DNA of 39,907 nt from Candidatus Nomurabacteria bacterium UBA5155. Its GTDB lineage: Bacteria; Patescibacteriota; Minisyncoccia; Phycocordibacterales; UBA9973. Shown here piece after piece: positions 26,780 to 36,598 of this stretch. Position 1 is the first letter of the stretch. Every line of letters begins with the position of its first letter. The stretch is from assembly GCA_002413705.1 (NCBI GenBank), contig DHXN01000013.1:12709-52615 (forward strand), read 5' to 3'. Below the pieces are notes generated by a model. The model did not search any database. It saw only the letters and a list, made by a program, of their open reading frames with translations, and was not told the origin of the DNA. The position numbers were made by a program, and so were the translations under genes.

Positions 26780-26964
26780 CCTGCCAGAGACTCGAACTGG
26801 TCTTTAAAGATAAAAATATATAATTTAAAGCTGTATTTTTGTTCTAGATCGAGACGGTTCGAATCCTTTTCTGTTGGTTTTGAAAAAGTTGCCATGCAAT
26901 TTTTCCTTTCCTAACTATTTTAAAAGTGTTACAGTATTTGCATACTGTAACACTTTTTATTTGT

Positions 26965-27459
26965 ATGAATCCCCAATATAAACATATATTCAATAGAGCA
27001 AACATTGATCTTAGCACTATCAATTCCGCACTTGATATTGGTTGTGGAGAAGGGAAATTTGCGAATTTTTTAGATGAAAATGGTATAAAAGTTACCGCTA
27101 TTGATATCGAAGATGCTCCGTATCTGCGTCCTAATGTCATTTTTAAAAGAAACCGTTTTGAAGATTTTGAAACCGATCAGGTTTTTGACCTTGTTCACGC
27201 CCGCCACGTTGTTCCATTTATGGAAAATAAACCAGAACAAGTTCGCCGCATGCTTACGATGGGTAAATATGTATTGTTTACCTTCTTTGGACCAAATGAT
27301 CCGTGGCAAAATTTATCTATTTCAAAAGAAGAAATACTTGAAGCATTGCACGACGTCACAATACTATATATTTCAGAAGAAGAATTTATCGGTCCAAAAA
27401 TGGATGGAGGTATGAAGCCATGGCACATTTTTACAGTGGTATTTAAAACAAATCTATAA
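26965..27459 (+). CDS. Class I SAM-dependent methyltransferase
   Basis: ALDIGCGEG motif I, VTAID, FDLV. Confidence 0.85.
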   Translation: MNPQYKHIFNRANIDLSTINSALDIGCGEGKFANFLDENGIKVTAIDIEDAPYLRPNVIFKRNRFEDFETDQVFDLVHARHVVPFMENKPEQVRRMLTMGKYVLFTFFGPNDPWQNLSISKEEILEALHDVTILYISEEEFIGPKMDGGMKPWHIFTVVFKTNL

Positions 27460-27549
27460 ATAATCCCTCAGGGTATTTCACCTATGCTATATAGACGTTC
27501 CCGAGTTCCCAGATTATGCAGGCGACGATGAGTAATTACCATCGTCCTT

Positions 27550-27582
27550 AAAAACCTTTTCGTTTAGTACGAAGAGGTTTTT
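27550..27582. terminator. Bidirectional terminator
   Basis: AAAAACCTTTTCGT-ttagt-ACGAAGAGGTTTTT. Confidence 0.7.
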
Positions 27583-28838
27583 TATTTTCCACAGGTAACA
27601 AGAATTACATGTTCGGGCAGCAGATAGGTGTGTATTGCTTGGTGTATGTCTTGCAATGTAATACTGGAAATTGTTTCAATAAATTTATCTAATGGCAGAT
27701 ATTCTTTGGGATTCATGCATTCGCCATAGTAATGAAAATCAACCCAACTCTCCGAGGTTTGCATGGTACTTTTAAGGGATTTAATGCGTTTATTTTTTGC
27801 AAAATCAAGTTCATTTTGCGTTACGCCATCCTTTCTTAATAGCTCAAATGCGCCTGTTATTGATTCAACAACTTCCGGCACTTTTTCTGTCGGAGTATCT
27901 GTTATCACTCCCAGTATTGAGGAATGGGTATTGGTGTATGTTTGCGGTGACACGCTATAGACTAATCCTTTTTCATACCGCAATACTTTGGCTAACCGTG
28001 AAGCACGGCCACCGGCCATGATAGATGTCACTAATCCTAAACACAAAGAATCTTTTGTAAACTGTTCCGCTCCAGGAAAACCGTAATACATAAATGTTTG
28101 CTCTGAAGGAAAGGAAACATGCTTCTTGGTATCTATTGACGCGGGTAAAGTAAAACTATGTGCTGAATCAATAGTACTTTTATTTTCAGAGAGGATGGTG
28201 AGTCCTTCTAATTTTTCTACGAGCAATGGTAACTCAATGTCACCAGAAACGATAAATGTAACACAGGCGCTTGTTATTCGTTGCTGCTTTAGTTTTATGA
28301 GAGCATCGAACGGCATGTCTTGCAGCGCTTCGATTGTACCCAATACGCGGTGTTCAAATGGTGATCCAGCAAATGCATCTGATAATACTGTATTGATAAG
28401 CACTAAACGCTGATTATTTTCATCACGTTTAAGTTCAGTCAGAATGACTTGACGTTCCTTCTCAATATCATGGCTATCAAATTCAGGATCACACATCGTC
28501 GCGTCAAGAACTTTTACCGCATGGTCAATGTCCGTCTTATCCGCTATCTCAGTATTTACCCACAGCAGTTCACGATTTGTTGCCATGCCATATGTTCCAC
28601 CAACGGATTCAATATATTCAGCCAGAAGATCTTTTGAAGAAAAAACTTTTCTACCGTTTGACATCAAATGTTCAAGAAAATGCGCCGCACCTTCCTGACC
28701 TTTTTGGTCATAACGCGATCCTGCTTTGAAAACAGCTCTTATAAAAATAGGTGCTCCTTGTTTTTGAAATAGCACCACTCGGACGCCATTCATCAGCTTA
28801 CCCTCAAACCTGTTCACTCCAAAATCCTGCAGTTTCAT
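27582..28838 (-). CDS. M16 family zinc peptidase
   Basis: GAAHFLEH (HxxEH), SRLAKVLRYEKGLVY. Confidence 0.92.
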   Translation of the reverse strand: MKLQDFGVNRFEGKLMNGVRVVLFQKQGAPIFIRAVFKAGSRYDQKGQEGAAHFLEHLMSNGRKVFSSKDLLAEYIESVGGTYGMATNRELLWVNTEIADKTDIDHAVKVLDATMCDPEFDSHDIEKERQVILTELKRDENNQRLVLINTVLSDAFAGSPFEHRVLGTIEALQDMPFDALIKLKQQRITSACVTFIVSGDIELPLLVEKLEGLTILSENKSTIDSAHSFTLPASIDTKKHVSFPSEQTFMYYGFPGAEQFTKDSLCLGLVTSIMAGGRASRLAKVLRYEKGLVYSVSPQTYTNTHSSILGVITDTPTEKVPEVVESITGAFELLRKDGVTQNELDFAKNKRIKSLKSTMQTSESWVDFHYYGECMNPKEYLPLDKFIETISSITLQDIHQAIHTYLLPEHVILVTCGK

Positions 28839-28907
28839 ATGTAAGATAGTAGCAGATTGCGTGGTAAAGAAAAAGTATTGGCAATATTGCTATGCTATAC
28901 TCATTTC

Positions 28908-29660
28908 ATGTTATATCTCATAGGTAATTGGAAAATGGCACCGGAAAAGAATACGCAGGTGGTGGATCTGGTGAAAAAAAGCAGGGAAATTGCAAAGCTG
29001 TATAAAAAAAATATCACCACTATTATTTGTCCGCCGACAGCGTTTCTTTCAACGGTTATGAAAAACGCTAAAGTGCCGCTTTTGGTTGGTTCTCAGGGTG
29101 TAGCGGGAAATCCTGCCATCGCGCAGACTGGCCTAACCAGCGTACACATGTTGAAAGAAAATGGCGCAGCGTATTGTATTGTCGGCCACTCTGAAATGCG
29201 CGCTCGCGGCGACAGCAATGCTGATGTCAAAGAACAGATCACTCGTCTTTTTGAAAAGAAACTCGTTCCGATTCTTTGTATCGGTGAAAAAAATCATGAT
29301 GCCCAAGGTTGGTATCTCAGCGAAGTGAAGGATCAACTCGAAACTGCGTTTGAGGGGCTGACTCCAGCACAAGCAAAAAAAATTATCATCGCTTATGAGC
29401 CGGTCTGGGCCATTGGCGCGCAAGCAGTGCGCGCAGCAACACCTGTTGAATGTCGAGAGATGATTATTTTTATCTGTAAGTTTCTGACTGACAAGTATGG
29501 CACAGCTGTTGCCAAAGTAATTCCTATTTTGTACGGAGGTTCAGCTGATGAACACAATGCCAAAAGCTTTGTCGAAGAAGGGGGAGCGCAGGGCTTCTTG
29601 GTGGGACGAGTTAGTCTCGATGCCAAGCGACTGGGACTATTAGCAAAATCAATTTCTTAA
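28908..29660 (+). CDS. tpiA: Triosephosphate isomerase
   Basis: IGNWKM, VGHSE, AYEPVWAIG, LYGGS. Confidence 0.96.
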   Translation: MLYLIGNWKMAPEKNTQVVDLVKKSREIAKLYKKNITTIICPPTAFLSTVMKNAKVPLLVGSQGVAGNPAIAQTGLTSVHMLKENGAAYCIVGHSEMRARGDSNADVKEQITRLFEKKLVPILCIGEKNHDAQGWYLSEVKDQLETAFEGLTPAQAKKIIIAYEPVWAIGAQAVRAATPVECREMIIFICKFLTDKYGTAVAKVIPILYGGSADEHNAKSFVEEGGAQGFLVGRVSLDAKRLGLLAKSIS

Positions 29661-29673
29661 CACTGTCACATCC

Positions 29674-30801
29674 ATGAAATCAATCACCGTACTTCCATCA
29701 TTAAAAGGCGCTCGAGTACTCGTTCGCGTGGACTACAACGTGCCAATTGCAGGCGGGCGCATTCGCGACACTCGTCGCATCACAACTTCATTTGATACTA
29801 TCAATGTTATTTTGAAAAAGGGCGGTACGCCGATATTGATAGCTCATTTAGGGGACAGTATGGCCAGCTTGCGACCTGTGGCAACATTTTTGTCTAAGAC
29901 ATATAAGATAGTGTTTGTGACACATGATGTCACCGATTCGCATATTGCGTCTATCATCGACCAAGTACCAAAAGGAACCATTGTTTTGCTGGAAAATATT
30001 CGCCGTTATCCACAAGAAGGGAAAAATGGTATAGCATTTGCAAAAACACTTGCGAAATTGGGAAGTTACTATGTGAATGACGCGTTCTCTGTCTGTCATC
30101 GCAAGCACGCTTCCGTTGTCAGTGTGCCAAAATATTTGCCGTCATTTGCCGGTGTGCAATTGCAAAAAGAAATCACTGCTCTTTCTTCAGTCCTGAACAA
30201 TAAAAAACATCCATTTGTCTTTATTCTTGGCGGCGCAAAATTTGATACTAAAATTCCATTGCTGAAGCGATTTAGTACTATGGCAGACAATATTGTCATC
30301 GCCGGTGCGATCATGAACACGTTTTATAAAGAAGCTGGATTTGTTATTGGCAAGTCTGTTACGGAAGAAGGATTTTCAAAACAGATTAAGCCGTTGCTCA
30401 ATAATCCTGCAATATTGCTGCCGGTGGATTGTTTGGTCACACGCAAGGGCAAGACCGTTGCAGTGACTGCTGATGAAGTAGAACAACAAGACGTGATCGT
30501 TGATATTGGTCCGCAAAGTGTGGCATTGATCAAAGAAAAAATTATGAAAGCCAAGCTGGTGGTCTGGAACGGTCCGACTGGTTGGTATGAAAAAGGATTT
30601 GTGAAAGCGACGACCGATCTGGCCAAGGCATGCATTGCTTCAAAAGCGCATACGATCATTGGCGGGGGAGACACCGGTGCGGTAATAGAAAAAATCATCA
30701 AAGAAAGTGACACTAAAAAAATATTTGTCTCTACCGGCGGCGGTGCAACACTCGACTATCTGGCAAATGGCACACTGCCTGGCATTACAGCGCTGAAATA
30801 A
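29674..30801 (+). CDS. pgk: Phosphoglycerate kinase
   Basis: RVDYNVP, LLENIR, VNDAF, GGAK, WNGP, GGGDT, STGGGA. Confidence 0.96.
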   Translation: MKSITVLPSLKGARVLVRVDYNVPIAGGRIRDTRRITTSFDTINVILKKGGTPILIAHLGDSMASLRPVATFLSKTYKIVFVTHDVTDSHIASIIDQVPKGTIVLLENIRRYPQEGKNGIAFAKTLAKLGSYYVNDAFSVCHRKHASVVSVPKYLPSFAGVQLQKEITALSSVLNNKKHPFVFILGGAKFDTKIPLLKRFSTMADNIVIAGAIMNTFYKEAGFVIGKSVTEEGFSKQIKPLLNNPAILLPVDCLVTRKGKTVAVTADEVEQQDVIVDIGPQSVALIKEKIMKAKLVVWNGPTGWYEKGFVKATTDLAKACIASKAHTIIGGGDTGAVIEKIIKESDTKKIFVSTGGGATLDYLANGTLPGITALK

Positions 30802-31144
30802 TTTTTTCGGCAATAGTGTTCATCTCTCCTTCTTCATAAACAATATGAGGAATTAAATGAATATGAAAATGAGGCACTTCGTTTCCGACAATACTGAGTT
30901 TTATGTAGTCGGCATGAAGTGCCTTTTTTAGTACCACCATCAGCTCTTTGGCTTTGATAAAAATAGCGGCAATCAGTTCGTCGGGCGCATCTTGCATCCA
31001 AGCATACTGATCTTTTGGAATAAGCAGTATATGGCCTTTTGCCACTGGGTTAATATCTAAAAATGCTAAAAATTGTTCATCTTCATAGATAATGGTTGCC
31101 GGTATTTCTTTGCGAATGATTTTGCCAAATATCGTGTCGTTCAT
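30785..31144 (-). CDS. HIT family hydrolase
   Basis: IFGKIIRKEIP, AFLDINP, HFHIH triad. Confidence 0.92.
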   Translation of the reverse strand: MNDTIFGKIIRKEIPATIIYEDEQFLAFLDINPVAKGHILLIPKDQYAWMQDAPDELIAAIFIKAKELMVVLKKALHADYIKLSIVGNEVPHFHIHLIPHIVYEEGEMNTIAEKIISAL

Positions 31145-31173
31145 AGTATTCAGTATATGGTACAATCGCCGGT

Positions 31174-32871
31174 ATGCAACCAACCGCGCCAACACCGGCC
31201 GAATTGAAAACACTTCTTTTGCAACGACTCAATCTTTCAGCCGAAGAACAACAGGAATTTTTGGAACCGCAATACAAACTCAGTGATCCATTTTTGTTTC
31301 GTGATATGGAAAAAGCCGTCATCCGAATACATCAAGCTATTGAAAATAATGAACACATCGGAATATTTGCGGACTATGATTGTGATGGTATTCCCGGAGC
31401 AGTCGTACTGATGGATTTGTTTAAAGAAGTATCGAAATGTTCCCCGGGAATATTTGATCGCCTGCATGTTTATATTCCTGATCGTCATGACGAAGGCTAT
31501 GGCGTCAGCGAGCGTGGTATCAGTGAATTGGAAAAACTCGACGTGACACTGATGATCACTGTTGATGTCGGTATCACGGCATTGGCACTGGTTGCTGATG
31601 CGCAGTCACGCGGTATTGATGTCATTGTGACCGATCACCACGCGCCGCTAGAAATCCTGCCTGCTGGGTTTGCGGTCGTTCATCCGGCTGTGGGAAATTA
31701 TCCGGAGAAAAATCTCTGTGGAGCGGCTGTGGCATTTATGTTGGTGCGAGGATTTTTGCATCGCTATGGTGAGCAATACAAGATACCGATTGGATGGGAA
31801 AAATGGCTGTTGGATTTGGTTGGTTTCGCCACACTGTCTGATATGGTGTCACTGACCGGAGAAAATCGCATGTTGGTCTGGTATGGCATGTTGGTCATGA
31901 AAAAAACTCGCCGTATTGGACTGCAAACGCTGTTTAGTGCCAATGGTGTTGATACCTATCGTCTGACCGAAAGTGATCTGACATTTACGGTGGCACCGCG
32001 ATTGAACGCCGCATCTCGTATGGCCACACCGATGTTGGCATTTGAATTATTGTCGACTGGTGACCGCACGCGAGCGATGGAGGTGGTGAAAGAACTGACA
32101 AAAATAAATGACGAACGAAAATTATTGGTGGCCAGAATCGTAAAAGATGCGCATGTGCGACTGGCTGCGCGAGAACTGCCCGATATTGTAGTGATCGGTG
32201 ATCTAACATGGCGACCGGCAGTACTCGGACTGGTAGCGGGAAAACTGTCGGAGACATATGGTAAAAGTTTTTTTGTCTGGGGCGAGGGCGGTGACGGATC
32301 ATTGAAGGGATCATGCCGCATGATTGCGATTCATCATGCCGCGTCACTGATGCACGGTTTGCCGGAAGGCGCATTGCTCCACTCTGGTGGACACAAAGCA
32401 GCGGGAGGATTTGGTGTAGCAAAAGAACAGGTGCACTTTTTGGAGCAAGCACTGAATGATTGTTTGCAAAAAAATAATCTGGAAGATGATTCTGAAAATG
32501 GAGAAGAAGAACTGGTGGAAGTACTTGCGCCACTAACACTTCCGCTGTCATGTGCCACTCTGCGGCATCTATCGGTTGTGCGAAACTTTGCTCCGTTTGG
32601 TATCGGCAACCCCGAACCGCTCTTCCTATTTGAAAACATACTGATTGAAAGTTCAAAGAAATTCGGCAAGGCAAAAGAACATATTGAATGCATTGTCACT
32701 GATGCAACAGGCGCTGCGACTGCTTTTACTTTTTTTGTGGATGAAGCTTTTTGCGCGAAATGTGAACCAGGAAAGACAGTCAATATTCTCGGTACACTCG
32801 AAGCTGGCTGGCGCGGTGGCATCCGTATTCGCATAAAAGAGATTCTGTTATACTCAACATATGAAAAATAA
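31174..32871 (+). CDS. recJ: Single-stranded-DNA exonuclease RecJ
   Basis: DYDCDG, TVDVG, TDHH, PRLNAASR, GGHKAAGG, PFGIGNPEP. Confidence 0.96.
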   Translation: MQPTAPTPAELKTLLLQRLNLSAEEQQEFLEPQYKLSDPFLFRDMEKAVIRIHQAIENNEHIGIFADYDCDGIPGAVVLMDLFKEVSKCSPGIFDRLHVYIPDRHDEGYGVSERGISELEKLDVTLMITVDVGITALALVADAQSRGIDVIVTDHHAPLEILPAGFAVVHPAVGNYPEKNLCGAAVAFMLVRGFLHRYGEQYKIPIGWEKWLLDLVGFATLSDMVSLTGENRMLVWYGMLVMKKTRRIGLQTLFSANGVDTYRLTESDLTFTVAPRLNAASRMATPMLAFELLSTGDRTRAMEVVKELTKINDERKLLVARIVKDAHVRLAARELPDIVVIGDLTWRPAVLGLVAGKLSETYGKSFFVWGEGGDGSLKGSCRMIAIHHAASLMHGLPEGALLHSGGHKAAGGFGVAKEQVHFLEQALNDCLQKNNLEDDSENGEEELVEVLAPLTLPLSCATLRHLSVVRNFAPFGIGNPEPLFLFENILIESSKKFGKAKEHIECIVTDATGAATAFTFFVDEAFCAKCEPGKTVNILGTLEAGWRGGIRIRIKEILLYSTYEK

Positions 32872-33604
32872 ACTAATTATGTATACAGACGGTGCATCGC
32901 GTGGCAATCCTGGTCCGGGAGGCTGGGCTGCGATTATTTTGGCGGGAGACTACGGCATGGAAATTGCTGGCAATGCCGCTCGTGCAACCAATAATCAAAT
33001 GGAGCTTGCTGCGGTAGAAGCAGTGCTTTCAGACAACGGAGCGCTGTCGTGGGATGGGCATGTGACAGTGTTCAGTGACTCGATGTATGTTATCAATGGC
33101 ATGACAAAGTGGGCCAAAGGATGGGAACGAAATGGATGGATCACCAGTGCAAAAACTCCGGTTGAGAATAAAGGGCAGTGGCAAAATTTGTTGAAACTGA
33201 TGAAAGAATACGGTTCACGAATTAGCATAGAGAAAGTGAAAGGTCATGCAGGAGATTTGTATAATGAACGATGTGATGAGTTGGCAGTTGCGGCGGCATT
33301 GGAAAAAAAACCAACATTGTTTTCAGGAAAGGTAAAAGACTATAAAACATTTTTGGAAGAAAACGGGTACGATGAAGAAAGTATGCAAAAAAATTTGAAA
33401 AGCGCACCTGCTAAAAAGAAGAGTAGCAGTGCAAAAGCATATTCATATGTGTCGATGGTGAATGGTATTGTGCATGCGGATAAAACATGGGCGGCATGCG
33501 AGAAGCGTGTGAAAGGCACGAAGGGCGCAAAGTACAAAAAGGTATTTTCAAAAGCGGAAGAAACGGCGCTGGCACAAGACTATACACTTGCGAGTTTGTT
33601 GTGA
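32861..33604 (+). CDS. rnhA: Ribonuclease HI with C-terminal hybrid-binding (Cauli_VI-like) domain
   Basis: YTDGASRGNPGPGGW, TNNQMEL, KVKGH, NERCD; C-terminal TWAACEKRVKG..AKYKK. Confidence 0.92.
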   Translation: MKNKLIMYTDGASRGNPGPGGWAAIILAGDYGMEIAGNAARATNNQMELAAVEAVLSDNGALSWDGHVTVFSDSMYVINGMTKWAKGWERNGWITSAKTPVENKGQWQNLLKLMKEYGSRISIEKVKGHAGDLYNERCDELAVAAALEKKPTLFSGKVKDYKTFLEENGYDEESMQKNLKSAPAKKKSSSAKAYSYVSMVNGIVHADKTWAACEKRVKGTKGAKYKKVFSKAEETALAQDYTLASLL

Positions 33605-35031
33605 TAGAAGCCCTCACACTGCTTTTATTGTTTGGTGCATTACTGTATCGCACCGGCATAGGACTACTCACCGTAGGAATCGTCAGCGCTCTAACGAGCG
33701 CTTTTTTCTTTATTTATTTTTTATCACCAAAAGCACTTTGGGGCGGTATGGTGGCCGGCGCAATGATATTTTTGGGAGCAGTGACAATGGTTGTTCATGT
33801 GGTGACTGTGCCGCATGGATTTTTTACCGCTCGTCCAATCACGGCAATCGTGCAAACGGTTGATCGCAGAATTGATAAAACATTGCTTGTAGTACAAGAT
33901 ACGCAATATAAAAAAGATCTTCAAGTCACTATTCATTCACAAAATACTTTTTTGCCCGGAGATGGTGTGAAAGTATTTGGCACAATGCAGATGCCGACTG
34001 ATTTCGTGACCGATACCGGCAGAATGTTTTCGTATCAGTCATATATGCAATCAAAAAGTATTGTTGGACTGATGCCTGCGGCATCAGTCAGTATGATTTC
34101 ATCGGGAAATTTTTCGATTGTTCGTACCGCCACCACGCTACGATTTTATATTGCAGATGTATTCAAAAAATATATTTCATTTCCGATAGATGGTTTGGTG
34201 TCGGGAATACTGGTGGGATATCAAGGCGGCATACCAACATGGATGCAAGATTTATTTCGCACAACGGGGGTGCTGCATGTGGTCGTACTCTCGGGAGAAA
34301 ATATTACACTGCTGGCTATCTTTCTTTCACTGTTGTTACGACCGCTGCCATTTCATCTGCGATCGGTACTGACTGCCTGCGCGATTGTACTTGTCGTACT
34401 AATCAGCGGCACAGGAGTGTCGGCGGTTCGTGCTGGCATTATGGGTGTGATTGCATTGAGCGCGGGTATGACCAGACGAAACTACATACCATTTCGCGCG
34501 CTGACTATTTCAGTATTGTTCTTTTTCTTCTATTCGCCGGAAACACTATTTGTTGATCCTGGTTTTCATTTGTCGGTACTGGCAACCATTTTTATGATTG
34601 TGGTTTTGCCGAAAGTGCAACCGATATTTTATTTTTTGCCCGAGAAATATGCCATACGGGAGCTGGCAATCTTAGCAATATGTGTACCACTGTTTATGTT
34701 GCCGTACACGATGTACTTCTCCGGAATGGTTCCGCTGGCTTCACCATTTGCCAATATTTTGATGGCAATTGTTACACCACTGATGATGTTGCTCGGCGCA
34801 AGCGTGTTAGCCGTTTCATGGATTGCACCGATTGCTCAGGTTTGTGGAATACTGGTTTCTTTTATTGGTAATTGTGTCATTGGACTATTGAAAGTATTAA
34901 ACACTTTGCCGCAACTAAACACCCCACCACTTGCGTGGTGGGGTGTTATCGGAATCTACATACTATTTTTTAGTATCGTATTTCGTTTTGAAATTAAGCA
35001 GTTTTGGTATGAGCTGCGCTCTCTATTGTGA
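33601..35031 (+). CDS. comEC: ComEC/Rec2 competence protein, membrane part
   Basis: TGVLHVVVLSGEN, SAVRAGIM, DPGFHLS; GTG start overlapping the rnhA stop (GTGA). Confidence 0.9.
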   Translation: MIEALTLLLLFGALLYRTGIGLLTVGIVSALTSAFFFIYFLSPKALWGGMVAGAMIFLGAVTMVVHVVTVPHGFFTARPITAIVQTVDRRIDKTLLVVQDTQYKKDLQVTIHSQNTFLPGDGVKVFGTMQMPTDFVTDTGRMFSYQSYMQSKSIVGLMPAASVSMISSGNFSIVRTATTLRFYIADVFKKYISFPIDGLVSGILVGYQGGIPTWMQDLFRTTGVLHVVVLSGENITLLAIFLSLLLRPLPFHLRSVLTACAIVLVVLISGTGVSAVRAGIMGVIALSAGMTRRNYIPFRALTISVLFFFFYSPETLFVDPGFHLSVLATIFMIVVLPKVQPIFYFLPEKYAIRELAILAICVPLFMLPYTMYFSGMVPLASPFANILMAIVTPLMMLLGASVLAVSWIAPIAQVCGILVSFIGNCVIGLLKVLNTLPQLNTPPLAWWGVIGIYILFFSIVFRFEIKQFWYELRSLL

Positions 35032-35596
35032 AAGTCTTTTCTGCCACGGACCAATTCATCTGAGCCAGGAAGTCAGTAACATACTGCTTCTTGCCCGATG
35101 GCTGATAGTCAGCAACAAAAGAGTGTTCCCACATATCAAGTGCAACGACTGGCACACAACCAACGAGCTGTCCGAGATGTTGTTCGTCCACCCAACCGTT
35201 TACCAGCTCGCCGCTTTTTGTATCGAGGTACAGCATTGCCCAGCCGATACCGCGAGTCATAGCAATGGCAGAAAAACGAGCCAGCCAGGCATCAAATGAC
35301 CCCCACTGTTTTTCAATTGCGGCATGAAGCGTCGGCGCTTCGGTATTTGCTCCACCTTCAAGAAGCGCAAAGTACACTTCATGGTTGCGCATGCCGCCCC
35401 ATTCAAATGAAAATCTTCGCTGAAGCTCGTTAATTTCGTAAACATTTTTCTCAGCATCAACAGAAAGCTCTTTGATATGGTCAATGATAAGGTTTGCGTG
35501 TTTTACATAGCCGGCATAGAGCTTCTTGTGTTCTTCGATTGTTTTTTCACTGATTCCTTTCAATGCAGGGATTATAAATTGTTGTTCAGTATACAT
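34994..35596 (-). CDS. sod: Fe/Mn superoxide dismutase
   Basis: EHKKLYAGYV, NHEVYF, GIGWA, LDMWEHSF. Confidence 0.9.
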   Translation of the reverse strand: MYTEQQFIIPALKGISEKTIEEHKKLYAGYVKHANLIIDHIKELSVDAEKNVYEINELQRRFSFEWGGMRNHEVYFALLEGGANTEAPTLHAAIEKQWGSFDAWLARFSAIAMTRGIGWAMLYLDTKSGELVNGWVDEQHLGQLVGCVPVVALDMWEHSFVADYQPSGKKQYVTDFLAQMNWSVAEKTFTIESAAHTKTA

Positions 35597-35672
35597 AGTA
35601 TTTTTTTATTATTTATTTGGTTTTAATTGATATCAGAAATGGTAGAACTAATGTCTTACATATACAGTATAC

Positions 35673-36554
35673 ATGACCAGTCATCACCGCACACTCTTCA
35701 TACTTTTTGGCATTTCCGCAGTATTTATCGCGGCTATATTGCTGTTGCGTCCGGCAAAGTATGACGGAAAGACGCATATTTTTATGCTCAACATCGGACA
35801 AGGAGACAGTTTTTTGATTGAGGCCGCCAACGGCAAGAAAATCATGATCGATGGCGGCCGCGATACCACCGTACTCTCTGAGCTTTCCAAAGTGCTGCCT
35901 GTTGGTGATCAAAACATTGATATCATGATCGCCACACACCCAGATGCAGATCATATTGGGGGATTGCAGTATGTTTTGGACCGATATCAGGTCGGACTGT
36001 TTCTAACTTCAGATGCGCAAACCGACACAAAGACATTTACTGATTTGTATAAAGTATTACTGAAAGAGCATATACCTTGTTACTACGTTCGACATGGTAT
36101 GGTTATTACGTTGGATACCGCGCCACTGACCACACTTTCAATATTGTTTCCTGATCGAGATACTAGTACGTGGCAAACAAACCCTGCATCGGTAGTGGCG
36201 AGGTTGCACGTCGGCAGTTCGGATAGTGGGCGAAGCGCGCTCTTCACCGGTGACTCTACGTCACCGGTCGAGCATTTCTTAGTTCAAGCCGAGTCGCAAT
36301 CGCTGACTTCAGATGTGTTGAAACTTGGTCATCACGGATCAAAGTTTTCTTCAAGCACTGAGTATTTGAAAGCAGTATCGCCCGCACTTGGTTTGATTTC
36401 TGCCGGTATTGATAACAAATATGGTCACCCCAATCAAGAAACGCTTGGGCGCTTGCAAGATCTTGCCATTCCTTGGATTAGCACACAACAAAAAGGAACG
36501 GTCGATCTAACCACAGATGGAACGACACAATGGACATGGCGGAGTGTGCAATAA
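35673..36554 (+). CDS. ComEC-type metallo-beta-lactamase fold protein
   Basis: NIGQGDS, IDGG, THPDADHIGG, LFTGD, LKLGHHGS, NKYGHP. Confidence 0.9.
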   Translation: MTSHHRTLFILFGISAVFIAAILLLRPAKYDGKTHIFMLNIGQGDSFLIEAANGKKIMIDGGRDTTVLSELSKVLPVGDQNIDIMIATHPDADHIGGLQYVLDRYQVGLFLTSDAQTDTKTFTDLYKVLLKEHIPCYYVRHGMVITLDTAPLTTLSILFPDRDTSTWQTNPASVVARLHVGSSDSGRSALFTGDSTSPVEHFLVQAESQSLTSDVLKLGHHGSKFSSSTEYLKAVSPALGLISAGIDNKYGHPNQETLGRLQDLAIPWISTQQKGTVDLTTDGTTQWTWRSVQ

Positions 36555-36598
36555 ATGTAGTTTTGATATATAGTGATAGAAACTAAAACCCAAACGTC

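Noticed and set aside
31956-32834. Long antisense ORFs inside recJ, and similar shadow ORFs inside rny, nusA, pgk and the ATPase
   Set aside because: They are fully nested opposite well-supported genes and have no motifs.
33487-33600. Upstream extension of comEC
   Set aside because: It overlaps rnhA by more than 100 bp; GTG at 33601 with a GTGA overlap is more plausible.
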